A stretch of 64,000 nucleotides of DNA from Pseudovirgaria hyperparasitica (Eukaryota), in the NCBI GenBank assembly GCA_010093815.1, contig ML996566.1, one strand, 5' to 3'. The notes under the pieces were generated by a model, which saw only the letters and a list, made by a program, of their open reading frames with translations, was not told the origin of the DNA and made no database searches. This document shows, in pieces, positions 1-14,900 of the stretch. The translations under genes and the position numbers were made by a program. The stretch's first letter is position 1, and each line of letters opens with the position of its first letter.

Positions 1-3000
1 TCTAGCTCAAGAGATCCTCTGGGTGATACTGTGCACAGTAACAGGGTGACATTCGGTATTAGAAGAATCGGTGAGGACCCGGTGCAACCAGATTGGATCA
101 AGTTGAAGATAGAGCTGTCTTAGCAAGCTTAGGGTACGTTATCAGTTAGCTGATGATGTGGTGACCAAGCTGGAGAATGCTCGTCAGCGTCGTTATACTG
201 CTCATTCATGCTCAGTATTGTCGAACCAGCGATTCTACCATTCCAACCTCCAACAAACTCGGCATAAGCAAGGTCAGGTCCTGTAGCATCCTGTTGGAGG
301 AAATGTAACTGTCCAAGTAAGTACTGTACAAGATAGTGGCTCAGCAGCTGCTCAATTGACGGGAGTAACAAGGTGCGGGCCGCGATCGACAGTTGAAATC
401 CCATCCGGTCAACGTACAAGCGTCAGGTGTAGCACTATGTTATGGAGTATTGCACGGTTTGAGTATTGGTCAAGACATCTTTGACGATCATGTTGGCGTG
501 TGGGGTTTGCGTAGCGTGGGAGGCTTATCGATAAATCGACCCTAATCAAGTCATAAAGTGATGAAAAACATTCTTTTTTTGGCTGAAGCTACGTTAAGAT
601 GCACGAGCTAGCTGTGGCTGGTGAGAAAGTTTGTTCGTGCCCCCAGAAAAATGTCTTGTTTATTACTCAATCACTCTATGATCATCGTCTAGCGCAAGTT
701 TCTGATAGGAGAATTACGCTGGTCAGGCATGCGTCATCATCAAATCACCCCAAGAAAAAATAGTCCCATCATGTCAGGCTCACGGCCACGCTCGACAGCA
801 TAGCCAACGCGTCGTGCGGTCTCGCATTCTCCCCATATCAATATCTTCCGAGCCTACCGTGCCCGTCCTCCCGAATACCATTTGCCGTGTAGGAAGTAGT
901 TCTTACACCAACCGGTCCCGCGTTGACAAAGACGAACAGCCAGTAGAACCCATACCAACATTTGAGTTCTTTCGCTACTAGCCAGGTTGGTGATTTTTCG
1001 TATTCCGTGCGTCTCTGCATATCGCAACCGTGAAGTGAGTTGTGCTGCGGAAGGAGTACATAGTCTGATATCTTGCAAAAGGCATCATCCAATGACTAAA
1101 AGCTGCCGTGGCTCTATCGATCCTGTATCTTGGCTCGTGTTAGATCCACCCTCGATTTCTGCCTTACCTTGTCTCAGCACACCCGCTTAGTCGGCATCGC
1201 TCGCCGGACTATCGTGGGCTTCGTCGCTCCTATTGCTGTACCCCACGATACGAAGGTGGCTTTTGCGAGGCCGGTAGACCCTAAGGCAGCAGGGGAAATG
1301 CGACAGTCTGAGGCGAGTGCACGTGAGGTAAGGAACCTGGCTTGCATTCTTTTGTTGACCCACTCCTTCTAAACGTCTAGATGGTGCAGATCTTCTGTGC
1401 CCTGCAGCGAATAGCAAGATACGTGCGTGACGTGGGCCGTGGACTCGTGGACCCATTCAGTGACCTGCTATCTTTGGCCCGTCAGGTACCATCAAGATGA
1501 CTATTCGTAGAACAACCGCAAACCCGATAGCGCAATTGCGATGTTCACAGCTTAAGATCTGTTTCAGGTGTACTGGATGGTGGCCCTCGCATGGGATCTG
1601 ATACATCATGGAGTGGTGTGTTATGATTTAGGCATGTCATCTGTACTCGGGTCCGCTAATACAGTAGACACTCCAAGAACCCCAAGAAGTTAGGCAAGCG
1701 AGCCAAACCCACTATCACAGCCAGACAGACACCAGCTGAAACTCTCGACCGCTGTATGTCGGACCAAGCTTTCGGGTTTTGGGGGCGTCTCTCTCGGAAT
1801 GCTTGCCGTTGACGCGAAAAGATCGGCCAGCAGCACCCTGCTGTTCTGCCCTCACGAAGCCACAAGCGCGGACAGTTTGTATTTTACTGCATGCTGATCG
1901 GTAAGGAACATGTTCGTCCGGTAACGGTTCCTTTGATGATAACGACGCTATCAACGCTTCTTTGGCTGGGAGTGAGCCATGCAGTGCCTCAACGGGACAT
2001 TGCTGTGAACGTCGCGTGAAGCAACAGGAATGCGCGGCTTATTCCGGGGGGTTACGCATATTCCATTCTTGCATTCCCGTTTCCGCGTCGCAAAGCTTGC
2101 CCGGCCTGGATGCATCCATAGATTCAAGCAGCACTGCCTGCACCTGTTCGTATAGTGTGACAAGGCCAGCTCTTTGTGGTGACAGCGCCCTTGCTGCCAT
2201 TATCTCACCGTCGAATACGGTTCACAGCCCGATCTTGACGGCCAATAGGAGGCCGGACCCGAGTACAGAGGTCATCCTGGGGCGCACGCCTCGCTTGGTG
2301 GCCGTGTAGCTGTAACCTGGTTCAGCTTGGCGTTGAGGCCTGCCGGCTCCGAAGAACAACATCAACAAGACAGCATGGAGGCTTCGGAGACCCGTACAGT
2401 CGGACTGATCGGTCAAGGGATACATTTGCGCAGCAGAAGGGTTTCAGAAGGAATACGAGGGCGTCGAGCCAGGTGTGACGAGATTGATGAGCTGACAAGA
2501 GGTGTATGGGCGGTGTTCTGTCGGTCGACGTTTTCGGCAGCTCCGAGGTATGAGCAAGCTCAACGTCAAGGTTCGAATGCAGCGGTGAACGTGGTTGCGT
2601 GGATCGAAAGTACAATCAACATCGGGAGGTGTGAGCATAAACTGTTGCTCCACAGATCGCAGTCAGTACAGGGCAGTCCATTGATAAACAAATGCATACC
2701 TGGCGCATCGTGTGATGAGATGCGACGCTGACCCGTCCATCTCATAGACTTCCAAGGCATGTGCAGTTACTCTGGAAATCCTGCCAGTACCAGATGAAAA
2801 AGACCAGAGATGAAAAACGATTCCAACTTTCAATGAGAGAGGCGTGAGGGGTCTGGTCTATGATAACGTCGACAATCGACGTTGGGATAGAGCTGGTGGC
2901 ACTAGAGCCGTCGTGACGAGGATGATGCCAGAACAGGAACCAACCCTCAGTTTCATCCACATCTGCCAATCCTTTTCGCTCATGGTGGTCAAGTGCCTCC

Positions 3001-4763
3001 GCGTACTCGGGACTTCTTCCAGCGGCATCGTGCACTGGAAAGCTTTTCAAGGGTCCAGAGTCCGGAGAGGCCTGCCTGGAGCCGGCAAAGGGGACAAGTC
3101 GGCAAGTCCACGAGTCAGAGGGAGCTTCGACGGACTTGTTGTACGCCAGAACTCACTAGAGCTCCGTGGTGGTGGCGAAAGACCGGGGAAACACCCAGCC
3201 TTAATACGGGTAAGTGAACGTTCGAATAGCGTTAACTCCGGAGGCATGCGGCATAGTCGGTCATAACTTCTCAAATCAGTCCTATGAGAGGTCATTAATT
3301 CGATGAAGCACGGAAGCATCTTGTCTTCTGACCGTGTTATAATATTGCACAGAGTATATGTACTCAGGTCTGACCTACAGCGCAAATATCAAGAGCAAGT
3401 ATATATATAGAGTGTGAGAAGGCAGATAACTGCGCCGCATTGTCAGACCCAACATGATAGTGTTCGTTACAAGTCTATCAACGGTCCAGAACATGATGTT
3501 CGTCTATTCACACGAACCTCACAATCCCAAACAGACGCCACATCCGAGACTCCAACACGTTCTACAGCATTAGTAAACCGACAAGGGAACGGAGATGAGT
3601 ATATTCTTGTAGATGCTATACAAGACTGGGCCATATGTATAAAAGAACCCTTCAAGTCTCACCGCCGGTCATGAATGGGACTTCGATCCTTTATAGAGAT
3701 GCTGTAGGCCAAGTATGAACGGACACAACTCTATAAAAGTCGTTCAGGGCTTGATATACCCAATGTATCACAATGTGCCACACCAACACCAACGATCTCC
3801 AGATATAGCCTGTCCAGTAAGATGTTGCATTATAACATGAAGCGCCCGGTTTATTCGTGCCACTACTGCTAGTCACGATGTTGGGAACGTCACTGGCCAA
3901 TCCTCCACTTCTTCTCTCCTTGTATGCAGTATACGCCTCTTTATGAACAACGAATTACTCAATAGGCTCTCAGATAATGTATAGCTTCGCGTGTGTGGCG
4001 AGACGTGACTAACAATGCCCTCACATGAAGGTAGGTGTATTGAGCGAGTACACATCCAATAATTAGTTAGCGGATTCCAACAGCCAAAAACTGGTCTAGA
4101 GCGAAAGAGAATCAAATGGCACCATCTGACTCCTGTGGCCAGGCATCATGCGCTAAACTTGGCTCCGGGGACCCGAGTACAGGTACAAGGAGATACCTAG
4201 TACCCTCAGATCTCTGGCGGAGTATCTCCGACATTCGACGAGCCCTTGCTCAAGGAGATGCGTCACTCGCTCAGGTATACATGTAGTAGCCAGCATGAGA
4301 ATTACAAGGGAAATTTGCGCAATTGGTAGGGCGTTCTGTGATATACATGATCAAAGGATAGAGGAAAAGGTTGTGGCTACCGGGCTTGTAAGGAATAAGA
4401 GGAAGCTAATCATGGTCATTAAAATCATTTGAATCATCATTTTTACATCAACTGGGAAAAAGAAATCTATCCATCAGCATTGACAGGATCCCTCACACGA
4501 ACATAGCCGGATCAAGGGAAAGTTCAGTCTGGACCTTAAACAAGCAACGCTAATAGGTCATGTCCCCACATAGCCCATGCATAGAGCAGGGCTCGAAGGA
4601 GAACTTTCTAACATTGATACACCAACAAGAGCCTCAGGGTTCAGGCCTGGACCCCGTTACAACCTGACAGCCACCTACCATAAGAACGATGACGTCCCGT
4701 CACCCAGATCGCCAGATCACAGCCCACCATCCTCGATCGCCAATCCCCATCACGTGCAATGAC

Positions 4764-7700
4764 TTACTGGAACACACCGTGCTTCCTCCAGGATGCCAAG
4801 TACTTGTCAAGCAGGTCCAAACCCACCGGGCCGAACTCGCGTAGGTTACTAGAGACGGCCTGAGTCTCCTTTGAATGCAGAACAAGGCCGCCACCAGACA
4901 GCTTCTCGAACTCGCCACTGAAGAACTCCTCAAGGTTCGACACCGAGCCGTTGGCTAAGACCTGCTCAAGCCAATCACCAAAAGGAATAGGAGTCTTGGA
5001 GGGGAGGCCGAGTCGTTGGGCCAGCTCAGGCACGAGTTCTTCCCATGATTGACGGACCGGGTTTTCCACGTGGTAAATGACGGTAGGAGATGTTTCATCT
5101 AGGGTGATGTCGATGATAGTGCGGGCGGCGACATCCATCGGGAGCCAGGAATAGGTCTGCGAAAGATGTCAGTCAAGAGACCTTAGGTGCCGGAAGGGAG
5201 ACAGAAAGGGGGGCCCAGATGACTTACACCATGGAGAGCCGGCATTCGACCAATAATCTGCGAGGCCTTCAGAAGCTGCGGGAAATGTTCGTCCTTGGCC
5301 CAGTGGCCAGCAGTCGTTGTGCCACTCATCTGGCCAAGACGCAGAATTGCAGGCTGGAAGCTCTGTCCGTGGGTCTTCACGGCATGCTCGAGCATCCTTT
5401 CACATACCCATTTGCCTTCGCCATATCCCATTGGCGCCGTGTAGGAAGGATCTTCAATCGAGATCTCTGGAAGGACGTTGCCGGGATATCGCGCGCAAAC
5501 AGCGATGGTGGAGGTGAAGATGAGCTTAGGACGAACAGCTGGTCGGACTGTGTGAATCTTGACCGCAAATTCGATAAAGTTATACACAGCACGAATCTGA
5601 GACTCCATGGACTCCAGGGCCCGCTGGAAGTCCATAGGCCAAGCACTGTGGATAATGTGAGTTACGCTGCTCACGAGACGGGTGTAGTCCTGCTCAGGAA
5701 GTCCAAGGTGGTCCTTCCCAGTCTCGGCTTGCATGATCTCTACTTTGTTCCAGGATTCTTTGGGCATATCCATACCACGATACTCGAAAGCCTTATACTG
5801 ACGGTCGATAGCATTTGCGATGGAGCCCTTAGGATCGCGCCTGTTGAGGCAGACAACGCGCGAAATGGTAGGGTTGCGACATAGCTGCTCAAGAAGATTT
5901 GTGCCAAGATTACCAGTCGAGCCAGTGATGAGAACAACAGCACCACTGCTGCTTGGGATAGCGTCGATTTCGTTGTTGAATCGACTGAGAGCAGCGTTCA
6001 TACGCTCTTCGCGGGATAATGCCTGTCCAGCTCCAGCGGTAAGTGCTTTGGCCAGTTTGCTGACTGTAGGATTGCGGTAGATCGTATCTGGCTTCGCAGG
6101 AGTGGTAAGGCCAGCAAATTGCTCCTTATTGACAGCACCATTCAACAAGCGAGCTACGCGCGTCGCTTCCAATGAGTCCATACCTGCCTCGAAGAAGTCT
6201 ACGTCGGCGTCAAGGGACTCTTTAGAGAGCCTTCCTTCCCATGCAATGTGGATGACGTCTTTGACGCTCTGCTCCAGATTGCTGGCATCAAGGCTGAAGG
6301 AAGTGACGGAAGATCCTTCGTTCTCAAGTCTTTCATAGACTTCATTGATTTCGTTTTCAAAGACTCTCAAGACTTCGTTTCGCATGACTGAGCCTTTGTC
6401 GGAGCGTGGAATGACTTTGTCCTCAGGCTTAAGAAATATTGCACTGCGACTTGTGATACGGGCGTGTCGGTCCATAACCAGGTTGGTCTTCTCGACGATC
6501 GGCCAAATAGTGTTGATAAATTCTTCACGGCCGCTCTCGGGGACAGCTGATAGCGGCTCGATCATGATCCCAATTTCCTCTCGGTGCTGTCCGAAGACGA
6601 CAGCCGTTTTGACTTGATCACAGGAGTTTAGAGCTTGTTCGAGAAGCTGTGGCGACACTTTCTCTCCCGTAGCAAGAACAATCATGTCGTCCTTCCTACC
6701 AAGCACTTTGACCTCTACCTCCTCTCCCTTCGCATTTGGATTTTTGATCAGAAGATCTTGGATCTCAAACTCATCAGGCCAGCCGAATGGCTGCCCAACA
6801 AGCTTCCAGAACTCTCCTTCTTCACCCTCGGCATCTGCACGCTTGAGTTCAAGGCCTAGATCCTTCCGGATTTTGATATAGTGCCAATCGTATGACGAAT
6901 CTGGTACGAACAAAGGCGCGATCGCTCCGAGCTCTGTGGTACCATAGTGGTTCAGAACACTGATCCCCATGTCTGTGAGAAAATCGCCAACGTGAGCTTT
7001 TATAGCTCCACCACCAACAGCTACGAAGTCCAGGGGTACAAGAGCTTCGTACATCCCTTCGGAATTCTGTGAGATCTCCTCCAGAATGTTGGGAACTGTC
7101 ATAAGGGCATTCGCCTTGGTACGACTTAATAATTCGACAGTTGAGCTTGCCGATGGAATGATTGACGCCGATGGGAAGCAGCATGTCTTGCCGGTTGATA
7201 GACTGACAGTTGGTGCGAGTTGGCCAAAGCCCTGTATGCTATTAGTATTCACGGCTCTTGATCTAGTCTTGGGGACTTACATGGTACAATGGAAGAGTAG
7301 AGAGCATGACGCCTTCACATTCACTGGGCTTGAGAGTGTGGCAGGCAGCAAAGCCGAGAAGCCATCGCTGAGTAAGTCCGATAGGCTTGGGTAGACCAGT
7401 GGTACCAGACGAATGGAAGTAGATGGCGTGTCTGTTGTCCTCTCTGAGAGTTTTGCTAGGACCCCAAGACTCCCTGCGCTCGTTCACAGAGAGTGCTGCA
7501 GCCTCCAAGAAGAACTGATAGGGTGCAGCTGTGAGAGTCTCAAGTGTTTCATGAGATTCCATAGCTGCAATACCCTCTTCAGCAACCTTGCTGGTACGAC
7601 TGGAAGTGATGATCGCTTGTGCGTTCGTCTTTGTAAGTAGGTGTCCCACAGCTGCTGGTGAAAGCCTGGCAGACAGAACAACGACCTGATACAATTTAGC

Positions 7701-8165
7701 AAATGAGAGAAAAGTTGAGGGTATGTCACAATTCTCAGTAGGAGCTAAACTTACAGGGACCTCTAATCGTAGTAGAGCAGACAGGTAAATGAACAGTGTA
7801 AGATCACTTCCTAGGAACAGTGCGATTGGCCGGCTATCCGTTATGGAGCCATCTGAGTTCGTCCGTGGAGACTGAGCGCCAGGGACATGTTGTTGTATCC
7901 AGTGGACGCCTTCATCAACAAGGTTCCTCAATGTGCGAAATGTGATTTCTGCGAATTTCTCATGTTTACCATTTGAGCGCTCCTCTTGGAGTGCAAAGAC
8001 GTGGTCCGGATTGAATCTTGAATTGAAATCAATCAGGTCTGGTAGTGATCGTATGTCATTCTTTGTGGGATTGACGGGAGGGCGGAGTAAATCAAACTTC
8101 GGCCTTTGGAACACTTGGGATCCGTTGATGTTGTCCGATTCTTCGTATATAGCTGATGGTGCCAT
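4764..8165 (-). CDS. NRPS-like carboxylic acid reductase (adenylation-thiolation-thioester reductase, A-T-R); 4 exons
   Basis: ORFs 7263-8165, 5183-7252 and 4764-5138 join through GT-AG introns at 7686-7754, 7232-7280 and 5157-5227. A-domain motifs HSSGTTGLPK, NHYGTTELG and GRKDDMIVLATGEKV; carrier motif FFEAGMDSL; reductase motifs ITGSTGNLG, YGEGK and RLGQMSG. Confidence 0.95.
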
Positions 8166-8995
8166 CGTGTGTTCGACGTGTGGTTAGGATTGGGAGACCG
8201 CGAATGCTTACAATTCAAGTGTTATATATCCCAGACATCACATTGAAAACGCCTCTGACGAACTTCTCTAGTATGTTCATTTTTGGAAACACGGGGGACG
8301 CCCTTAGACGATTTACACATGGCGTAATGCACTGAGACTGCCAGCAGGTGGGTCCAACAGGAGTGCTGTGGCCTCAGCTTCCACGAAACTGAGTTACAAT
8401 GTCTCAGGAGCCCAGGGTCCTAGGAGCCGAGTTAGGCTGATTCATAAAATGACCTCATGGCTGAGTCCTTGTGTTATGTGTGGTGCCCATAAGCATACGC
8501 GGGTCTTCGTACTCCATAGGTTGAACTTACGAAAGCGGTCAACTGTATGGCATTGATTCAGGGCTAGGAATGGCGAGGGTCCGGCAAAGGTCTCTGAAGA
8601 ACGTAAGCAATGAACACGATAGTGGTGAGATCCACGGTAGGCATTGTTATTGTCAGTGACTGTGACGCAGGCGGCGGGCCTGACTGTCCGTGCTACCCTG
8701 AATATACACCGCTTAAATAACTTTGTCGACTCACCCTGGCTGGTTGAGTATATGCCAGCCTTTGTTTGACAACAGTTTACTTTTTCATACTTCTCTTGAC
8801 GTTGTGTCGTTGTTCAGTAACATCATCGAGCGTACAAATTCGAGCAGATCCCTTCAGAAAAGGCAAACGGGACGATCAGACCCGGAACCAAGAATTCTGC
8901 AGCGTTTATCTTGCAATATCAGACGTACAACATCCCACAGCCCATTCTAAATCTCGGAGATAGTCTCTGCGAACCCCATTCTAGCAGTCAGATCG
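8166..8995. promoter_or_regulatory. Shared divergent promoter region of the reductase and PKS genes
   Basis: 830 bp between head-to-head start codons; TATA-like TATATA at about 8223 (toward the reductase) and AT-rich boxes at about 8701-8720. Confidence 0.6.
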
Positions 8996-11900
8996 ATGTC
9001 CGGGGCACGGAGAGTAGCTTTCTTCGGAGGCCAGGGCAGTCGTTCTTTGTTCAGTCCGGAGCTGTGTGCCTTCGCACAGGCAAATGCGAAGTCATCAGCT
9101 GCTGCTGCGCATCTTCTTTCAGCATGTCACACAGCCTTTCTAGATGAGCTGTACAACTCTATCTCAGATGAGCCTATCGGCTTTAGGGATGAGTTGAGAG
9201 AGCTCAGAACAGCAGAAGATCTGCTGAACCCGCCATCAAACACTCACAACAACCCTATCATACAAGGCGTCACCCTTTGCCTGCATCAGCTACTAGGCTA
9301 TCTTGCCAACACGCAGTACACGGCATCGACTGGACTATCTCTCGACCCGAAGCAGGGCGAGCTTAGCGAAACGGTGGGCTTCTGCTCGGGGGTCCTTCCA
9401 GCTATTGTCGTCGCTTCATCGAAGAATATTGCGGAGTACATCGAGACAAGTACAGCGGCTGTTCGAGTCGCTTTTTGGATTGGGTTCCGGGCGGCGAGCT
9501 TCAGCGAACAATCCGAAGACCACTGGCGAGATTTTCCGTGGAGTTTAGCCCTAAACGGGTATGGTCCAGAAGTTGTCGAAGACTACAATAGTGATGTGAG
9601 TCACCTGATCTGTTCTCATCATCAAGCAAAAGCTGAACTTAACCCGTCTAGCATCAAGATTCACCTGATCTTCAATTATGTATATCAGCAAAATCGAGCG
9701 AAACGTCATTCAGCGTTGCTGGCCCGAGCTTGGCACTGCGCAAATTCCGATCCGAGTATCTTGATTCAAGACATGATCGGAGCAGCGACCTAGTCCATGT
9801 GCACGCCTTGTATCATGGAGGACATCGAATGGAGGATGTCCTACGTCATGTGATTGATGATACACGCCGAAGAAGTATCAATTTTCCCTCGAGCGAGGAC
9901 TTGAAAAGGATATCACTGCGCTCCTCCATTGATGGTCAGGTGATCAAAGCAGATGCAGAGAGTCGTTCTCTTCTTGAGACCGCAATCAGAAGTATTCTGG
10001 TAGATCAAGTCGATTGGAGCAGTACGTGGAAACAAATCAGCCAAGCTGCACCAAAGACTGAAGTTCTGGCGTTTGGCCCGCACTCGCGTTCACTACTGTC
10101 TACAACCACTAGCGATGGCCCAGCGAAGGAGATCAAGACTGAAGACCTTTCGGGACGGGGAGATAGTTCTCTCCCTGCATATGCGAACGAAGCCATTGCT
10201 ATTGTCGGTATGGCCTGTCAATTCCCTCAAGGTAGCAACAAGGACATGTTGTGGGAGACATTAGAAAAGGGCCTGAACACTGTGGAAGAGGTAAGTCTGA
10301 CCATTATAGTGCATCCACTTTCTTCTGACAATGTTAAAGATCCCCGAATCGCGCTTTGAGGTATCTCAATTCAAGGTAGATCCAGAAAACGAGAAAGGGG
10401 CTGGCAGAAAGATGGCTGCTAAGCATGGAAATTTCCTTGATAAGCCTTGGGCATTCGATCACAAGTTCTTTAATATATCGCCTCGGGAAGCCAAGTCGAT
10501 GGATCCCCAAGTATGTGATTGAGTATCTGTCCCATCACTATGACTAACAAGCCTTAGCAACGACTACTCCTGCAAGGAGCTCTAAATGCACTTAATGACT
10601 CAGGGTATATCCCGGATGCAACACCTACATTTCAGAAAGAGACCATGGGATGCTATGTAGGGGTTGCCACTGGTGATTACACAGACAACCTGAAAGACGA
10701 GATTGATGTCTACTACAGTACTGGGACTCTCCGAGCTTTCCTCAGTGGGAAGATATCTTATCACTTCAAATGGAGTGGTCCTTCCGTTGTCATTGATACA
10801 GCTTGCTCGGCCTCGAGTGTGGCTTTGTACCAGGCTTGCAGAGCTCTAAACAATGGAGACTGCACATCAGCGGTCGCTGGAGGCGTCAATGTCATTAGCA
10901 GTCCTGACATGTATATTGGGCTGTCAAGAGCACACTTCCTTAGCAAGACTGGGCAGTGTAAAGCGTTCGACGTCACAGCTGATGGATATTGCCGATCTGA
11001 GGGCTGCGGCTTGTTCGTCCTCAAGAAGCTGAAGGATGCTGTTGCAGAGAACGACCGGATTTATGGAGTGATTCGTGGCATTGAGGTCAACCAATGTGGA
11101 AATGCTCACTCGATCACGCATCCTCATTCCGAGACCCAACAAGCGCTTTTCAGGCAAGTTGTGGAGAGAAGTGGGGTAGATCCGACTTCTATCGGAGTCG
11201 TCGAGGCTCACGGCACTGGGACACAGGTGTGTATATCGTGGCCTTAAGTGAGGGTCCTACTGACTGTCCATGCAGGCTGGAGATGCAGCAGAAGTTTCTA
11301 GTATCCAGAGCGTGTTTGGGAACAGGCCGACCAATCAACCTCTACACTTGACCTCGATAAAGGGGAACATCGGCCATGCTGAGGCTGCTTCGGGGGCTGC
11401 AGGATTAACCAAAATCCTCTTGATGATGAACAAGAAGAAGTTGCTTCCACAAGCTGGGTTCAAGAATCTCAATCCCAAGTTGGCAAGCATCAATTCACAC
11501 AACATCAAGATCCCAACATCGGTAGAGGAATGGCGCTCAAGACGTGGTGTGCCACGACGAGCTCTGTTGAACAACTTTGGCGCTGCAGGCTCCAATGCTG
11601 CTATCATCGTCGAGGAAGCGCCCGACGGTGCAAAGCCAAAGGAACTTGTTCAGCGTTCAGCCTATCCTTTTGTCATCTCAGCAAGGACCGTCAAAGCTGT
11701 AAAATCGTACTGCCAAGGATGGCTACAACAGCTTGATCAGAATCCTGATTTGCATATCAAAGACATCACTTACACCGCGACTGCCAGAAGACAGCCATAC
11801 GAACAACGATTGGCATTTGCGGTGACATCTGTCGAGGACCTCAAGCAAAAGCTGCAGACAGATACCGAGCCAAATGCAGTCAATTCAATGCATCGCAAGC

Positions 11901-14900
11901 CAATTGGCTTCGTCTTCTCCGGCCAGGGTGCTGTTTATCCTGGTATGGGCAAAGAATTGTTGCAAACCTGTACAGCCTTCAGCAACACTGTCACACAATG
12001 TGACCATCTTCTGAACAACATGGGTTTCCCGAAAGTCTCGCCTCTTCTTGAGGATGCCCATAACGCTATATCACCAAGTGAATATGTCATTGTATCACAA
12101 TGCGCATGCTTCGTTCTTGAGGTTGCTCTTGCAAGAACATGGATTTCATTCAATGTGGTACCGGATGTCGTTATGGGTCACAGGTAAGATTTAAGATCAT
12201 GGAAGTATTGACTTCGTGGCTAACGCGATCTAGCTTGGGAGAATACGCAGCCATGGTGATTGCCGGCGTCCTCAGCCTCCCAGATGCCCTGAAATTTGTT
12301 GCCACCCGAGCGAAGCTCATGGTAGACCTGTGTGAAGTGAAGGCCACCAGTATGCTTGCCTGCAACATGTCAAGTGATGAGGCCGAGAAACAAATTGCAT
12401 CGAAACCCGAAAGCTTCCAGGGTTTGACTATCGCCTGTCAAAACAGCAGAGGAGACTGTGTGGTGTCAGGTCCCGTGTCCGCATTGGATCAGTTCAGTCA
12501 TCACATCAAATCTGCCGGGGCTAAATGTAAACGTCTTGACGTTCCCTACGGTTTCCACTCAGGGGCATTGGATCCAATCATCGAACCACTATCCAAGGTC
12601 GCAGCCGAGATGAAGATCTCGGCACCAAAAGTTGCTTTTGGCTCGACAGTCTCCGGCAAGCTTCTTGACGAGACAGCCATCACACCAGAATACTTCACCA
12701 ATCAGACAAGGAACACGGTGCTTTTTGCAGACCTCATGGAGTCCCTAGCTTCCCGATCCGAATTCAACTCTGCAACGTACCTGGAGATCGGCCCAGCTCC
12801 CATCACCCTTCCCATGATCAAGAGCGGACTAGCTGATGGGGACAGCCAGTTCCTCCCTTCACTAAAGAAGAACGAAAACCCCTGGACCACATTGGTCAGT
12901 GGTATCACCAAATTGGCACTGGCGAATTACACGATGCATTGGCGTAACGTCTTTGATGGATCTCAAGGTAATGTCATCGACGGCCCAGACTACCCATTGG
13001 ACAAGAGTGAAATGTTTGTCCCTTACAAGGAGCCCACACGACAAGAGTTGTCCTCGGTTCAGAGCACAGAAATGCAGGATGCAGCTGGCCCCTTGGTGCC
13101 CAGAGAGCTTAAAAGCAATGAAGAGGGTTCAGAGTTGTTTGAAAGTGATACCGATGTTCTGGGGAAGTTCATCCAAGGACACATCGTTGGTGGTGTAGTA
13201 AGTGCCTTCCTCCTGATTTTGTTCTCCAAAAGTTTCTACTTCACGGACAAACGCTAATCATCCCAAGGCACTATGCCCAGCAAGTGTATACCATGAGATG
13301 GTTCTCGAAGCTGCAACACGCAATGATAACAGTAACACCTCGACCGGCGAAACTCTGACTGTCAACGAGATCACCTTTGACAAGCCTCTGATATACGATC
13401 CCAAAGGCGACAAGAGAATCGTTCAGCTCACATTGCACAAGAAGTCTGCAGACGGCACAAGGGGTTTCACATTCTCCTCTTTCGTTGAAGGCCATGACGA
13501 GAAAGAAAAGGTTGACCATTGTTTCGGCATGATTCAGCCCCAGAAGACTTCCAAACTACAAAGCAGCTTCAAAAAGATGGCGGCCATCGCGAAAAGGCAA
13601 AAGTCACACCTTGATGGAGTCGCCAAAGACACCTTCCACACGCGCATGCTATATGAGACAGTGTTCCCTAGGGTTGTCGACTACGGCAAGGAGTATCAAA
13701 GTATCAAGAATCTGACCGTTACGGAATCCGGCTCTGAGGGACATGGTCAATTCCAGCTACCAGATCCGCCTGTGGACGAGCCATTCGTTCTGTCGCCCAC
13801 TTTCGTGGATACACTCCTACACGCAGCCGGATTCATTGCCAACAGTCATGTTGACGCGCACGAGGCGTGCATTTGTACCCGCGTGGAGCAGATCAACATT
13901 CTGTACGACAACCTGGATCAGAGTCAAGAGTTCAAGGTCTACTGCAGTCTGATGGATTACATTGAGGGCACGCTCCTCGGTGATGCTTATGCGGTAGATC
14001 AGAGAGGACAGGTTGTGGCTGCGGTGGAGGGCATGCACTTCAAGAAGCTGTCACTCAGGGCGTTCCAAAACCACTTGGCCCGTGCCAGTGGACGTGGCAG
14101 AACTACTATCCAGCAGCCTGCTCCTGTCACCAAAGCCCCTATCAGAAATCCCACCACGCCTCCTCCCCAAAAAGCTGCACCCAAAGCTGCTGGTGGCGTT
14201 GGGAAAGACGAAATCATCGCCACAGTCGCGGAGACCGTATCGAAAGTATGCGAAGCACCTCCGGCAAGCATCACGGCGCAGTCAGAACTGTCTGATCTAG
14301 GCATGGATTCATTGATGCAGATTGAGCTTGCAGATGCACTCAAGAAACGCTTCCCAAGCCTTGCCATCGACAAAAATGCTCTCCTGAACAGCACCACTGT
14401 CAAAGACATCCAAGACCACATTATCGCAGTAAGCCCCGCTCCATCACAACAAAAGAGCAGCAACATTCAAAGACCCAAGTCCTTGAACTTGGAAGACACG
14501 AACGCGCGTCTGCAGCAAGCCAAGAGTAGCGAGCTCAAATACACTCCACCCGAGGCACCAGTCAACAAGGTCAAGGACCTGATTGCAGAAGTATGTGGCA
14601 TCTCCGGGGGGGAAATCGACGCTGAAAGCACGATGGAAAGCCTGGGAATGGACTCGCTGATGACCATTGAACTGAAGACCGAGTTCAAGAAGCAACTCGG
14701 CGTTGAAATGCCCGAGATTCATGGCGACTTCACCCTCGACACGCTTCTCAGCTTCATCGACAGCTCGAACAGCTCGGAGACCAGCGCTACGCTGTCCACG
14801 AACACGGATAGTGGGTTCATCTCTCCACCCTCGACAGTGACTTCCACCATCTCTTCGCCAACCCGAGAGTCCAAGCCGGCCATTCCAACGCTCATCCAGT

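Noticed and set aside
1..4700. Many short ORFs left of the reductase, considered as cluster tailoring genes or pseudogenes
   Set aside because: I found no recognisable motifs, codon bias or consistent exon chain. Remnants cannot be excluded without BLASTx.
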